DNA of 36,186 nt from positions 1 to 36,186 of the forward strand of contig JAUSFL010000001.1 of the NCBI GenBank assembly GCA_030649735.1, given 5' to 3'. The notes beneath the pieces were generated by a model. That model had not been told where the DNA came from, did no database searches, and saw only the letters and a list, made by a program, of their open reading frames with translations. Shown here one piece after another: positions 35,903 to 36,186 of the stretch (positions within the stretch are counted from its first letter, which is position 1; each line of letters starts with the position of its first letter). The position numbers were made by a program, and so were the translations under genes. This DNA is from Candidatus Iainarchaeum sp. GTDB lineage: Archaea > Iainarchaeota > Iainarchaeia > Iainarchaeales > UBA10191.

Positions 35903-36186
35903 ATGGAGAAAACAAGCACTGCCTTTGGAGAGGCAATAATAAAGGATTCCGAAGAAGTTATTAAAAACATTCTTGAAATTCTCGCGAAAAACCAATGCTT
36001 TGGGCAGGTTTTAAGCTCTAAGGCAATTGTTTCAGAAAAGCACTTGCTGCAGGCGGTCGAACAGACAGAAAGCGCTTTCGCGAACGGAACAAGCTTTGCA
36101 AAACGCAAGGAAATGGAATTGCTCTTGAGGATTTCCGGCAAAAAGCAGTTTCCAAAAGCCCTCGAGATTCTTGGAGTCAAGGAAGG
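35903..36186 (+). CDS. cgi121: KEOPS complex subunit Cgi121, truncated at window end
   Basis: Not in the ORF track. Manual translation: MEKTSTAF...KHLLQAVEQTESAFANG...EMELLLRISGKKQFPKALEILGVKE. Confidence 0.8.
   Translation, partial: MEKTSTAFGEAIIKDSEEVIKNILEILAKNQCFGQVLSSKAIVSEKHLLQAVEQTESAFANGTSFAKRKEMELLLRISGKKQFPKALEILGVKE

Noticed and set aside
1-36186. CRISPR arrays, tRNA/rRNA genes, transposases
   Set aside because: None seen; intergenic regions are short and lack the expected repeats or folds.

Overview
Archaeal chromosomal window (TFB, rps8e, rpl35ae, Cgi121, archaeal ScpA/ScpB, RNase HII with a PIP box, BRE/TATA promoters). A DPANN lineage such as Iainarchaeota is plausible but inferred, not shown. 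Core content: purine genes (purB; purSL-purQ-phosphatase-purM), nth, a KaiC-like ATPase, scpAB, hsp20, rnhB and ilvE/leuBCD. Main observation: a free-standing LAGLIDADG+wHTH endonuclease sits inside the 3' end of nth. It brings a replacement nth C-terminus and leaves an intact orphan 47-codon 3' end with its own [4Fe-4S] motif downstream. The same layout (cargo bracketed by a duplicated gene 3' end) recurs at a 1-kb lipoprotein cassette (18-bp direct repeat) and, more weakly, at a 9.2-kb island (13-bp repeat). That island carries a tandem radical SAM protein with an apparently circularly permuted first domain, a divergent phosphodiester glycosidase and a large secreted glycoside hydrolase. An orphan protein appears to carry a bacterial sigma70 region-2-like domain. 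All calls were made by eye; no searches were run.
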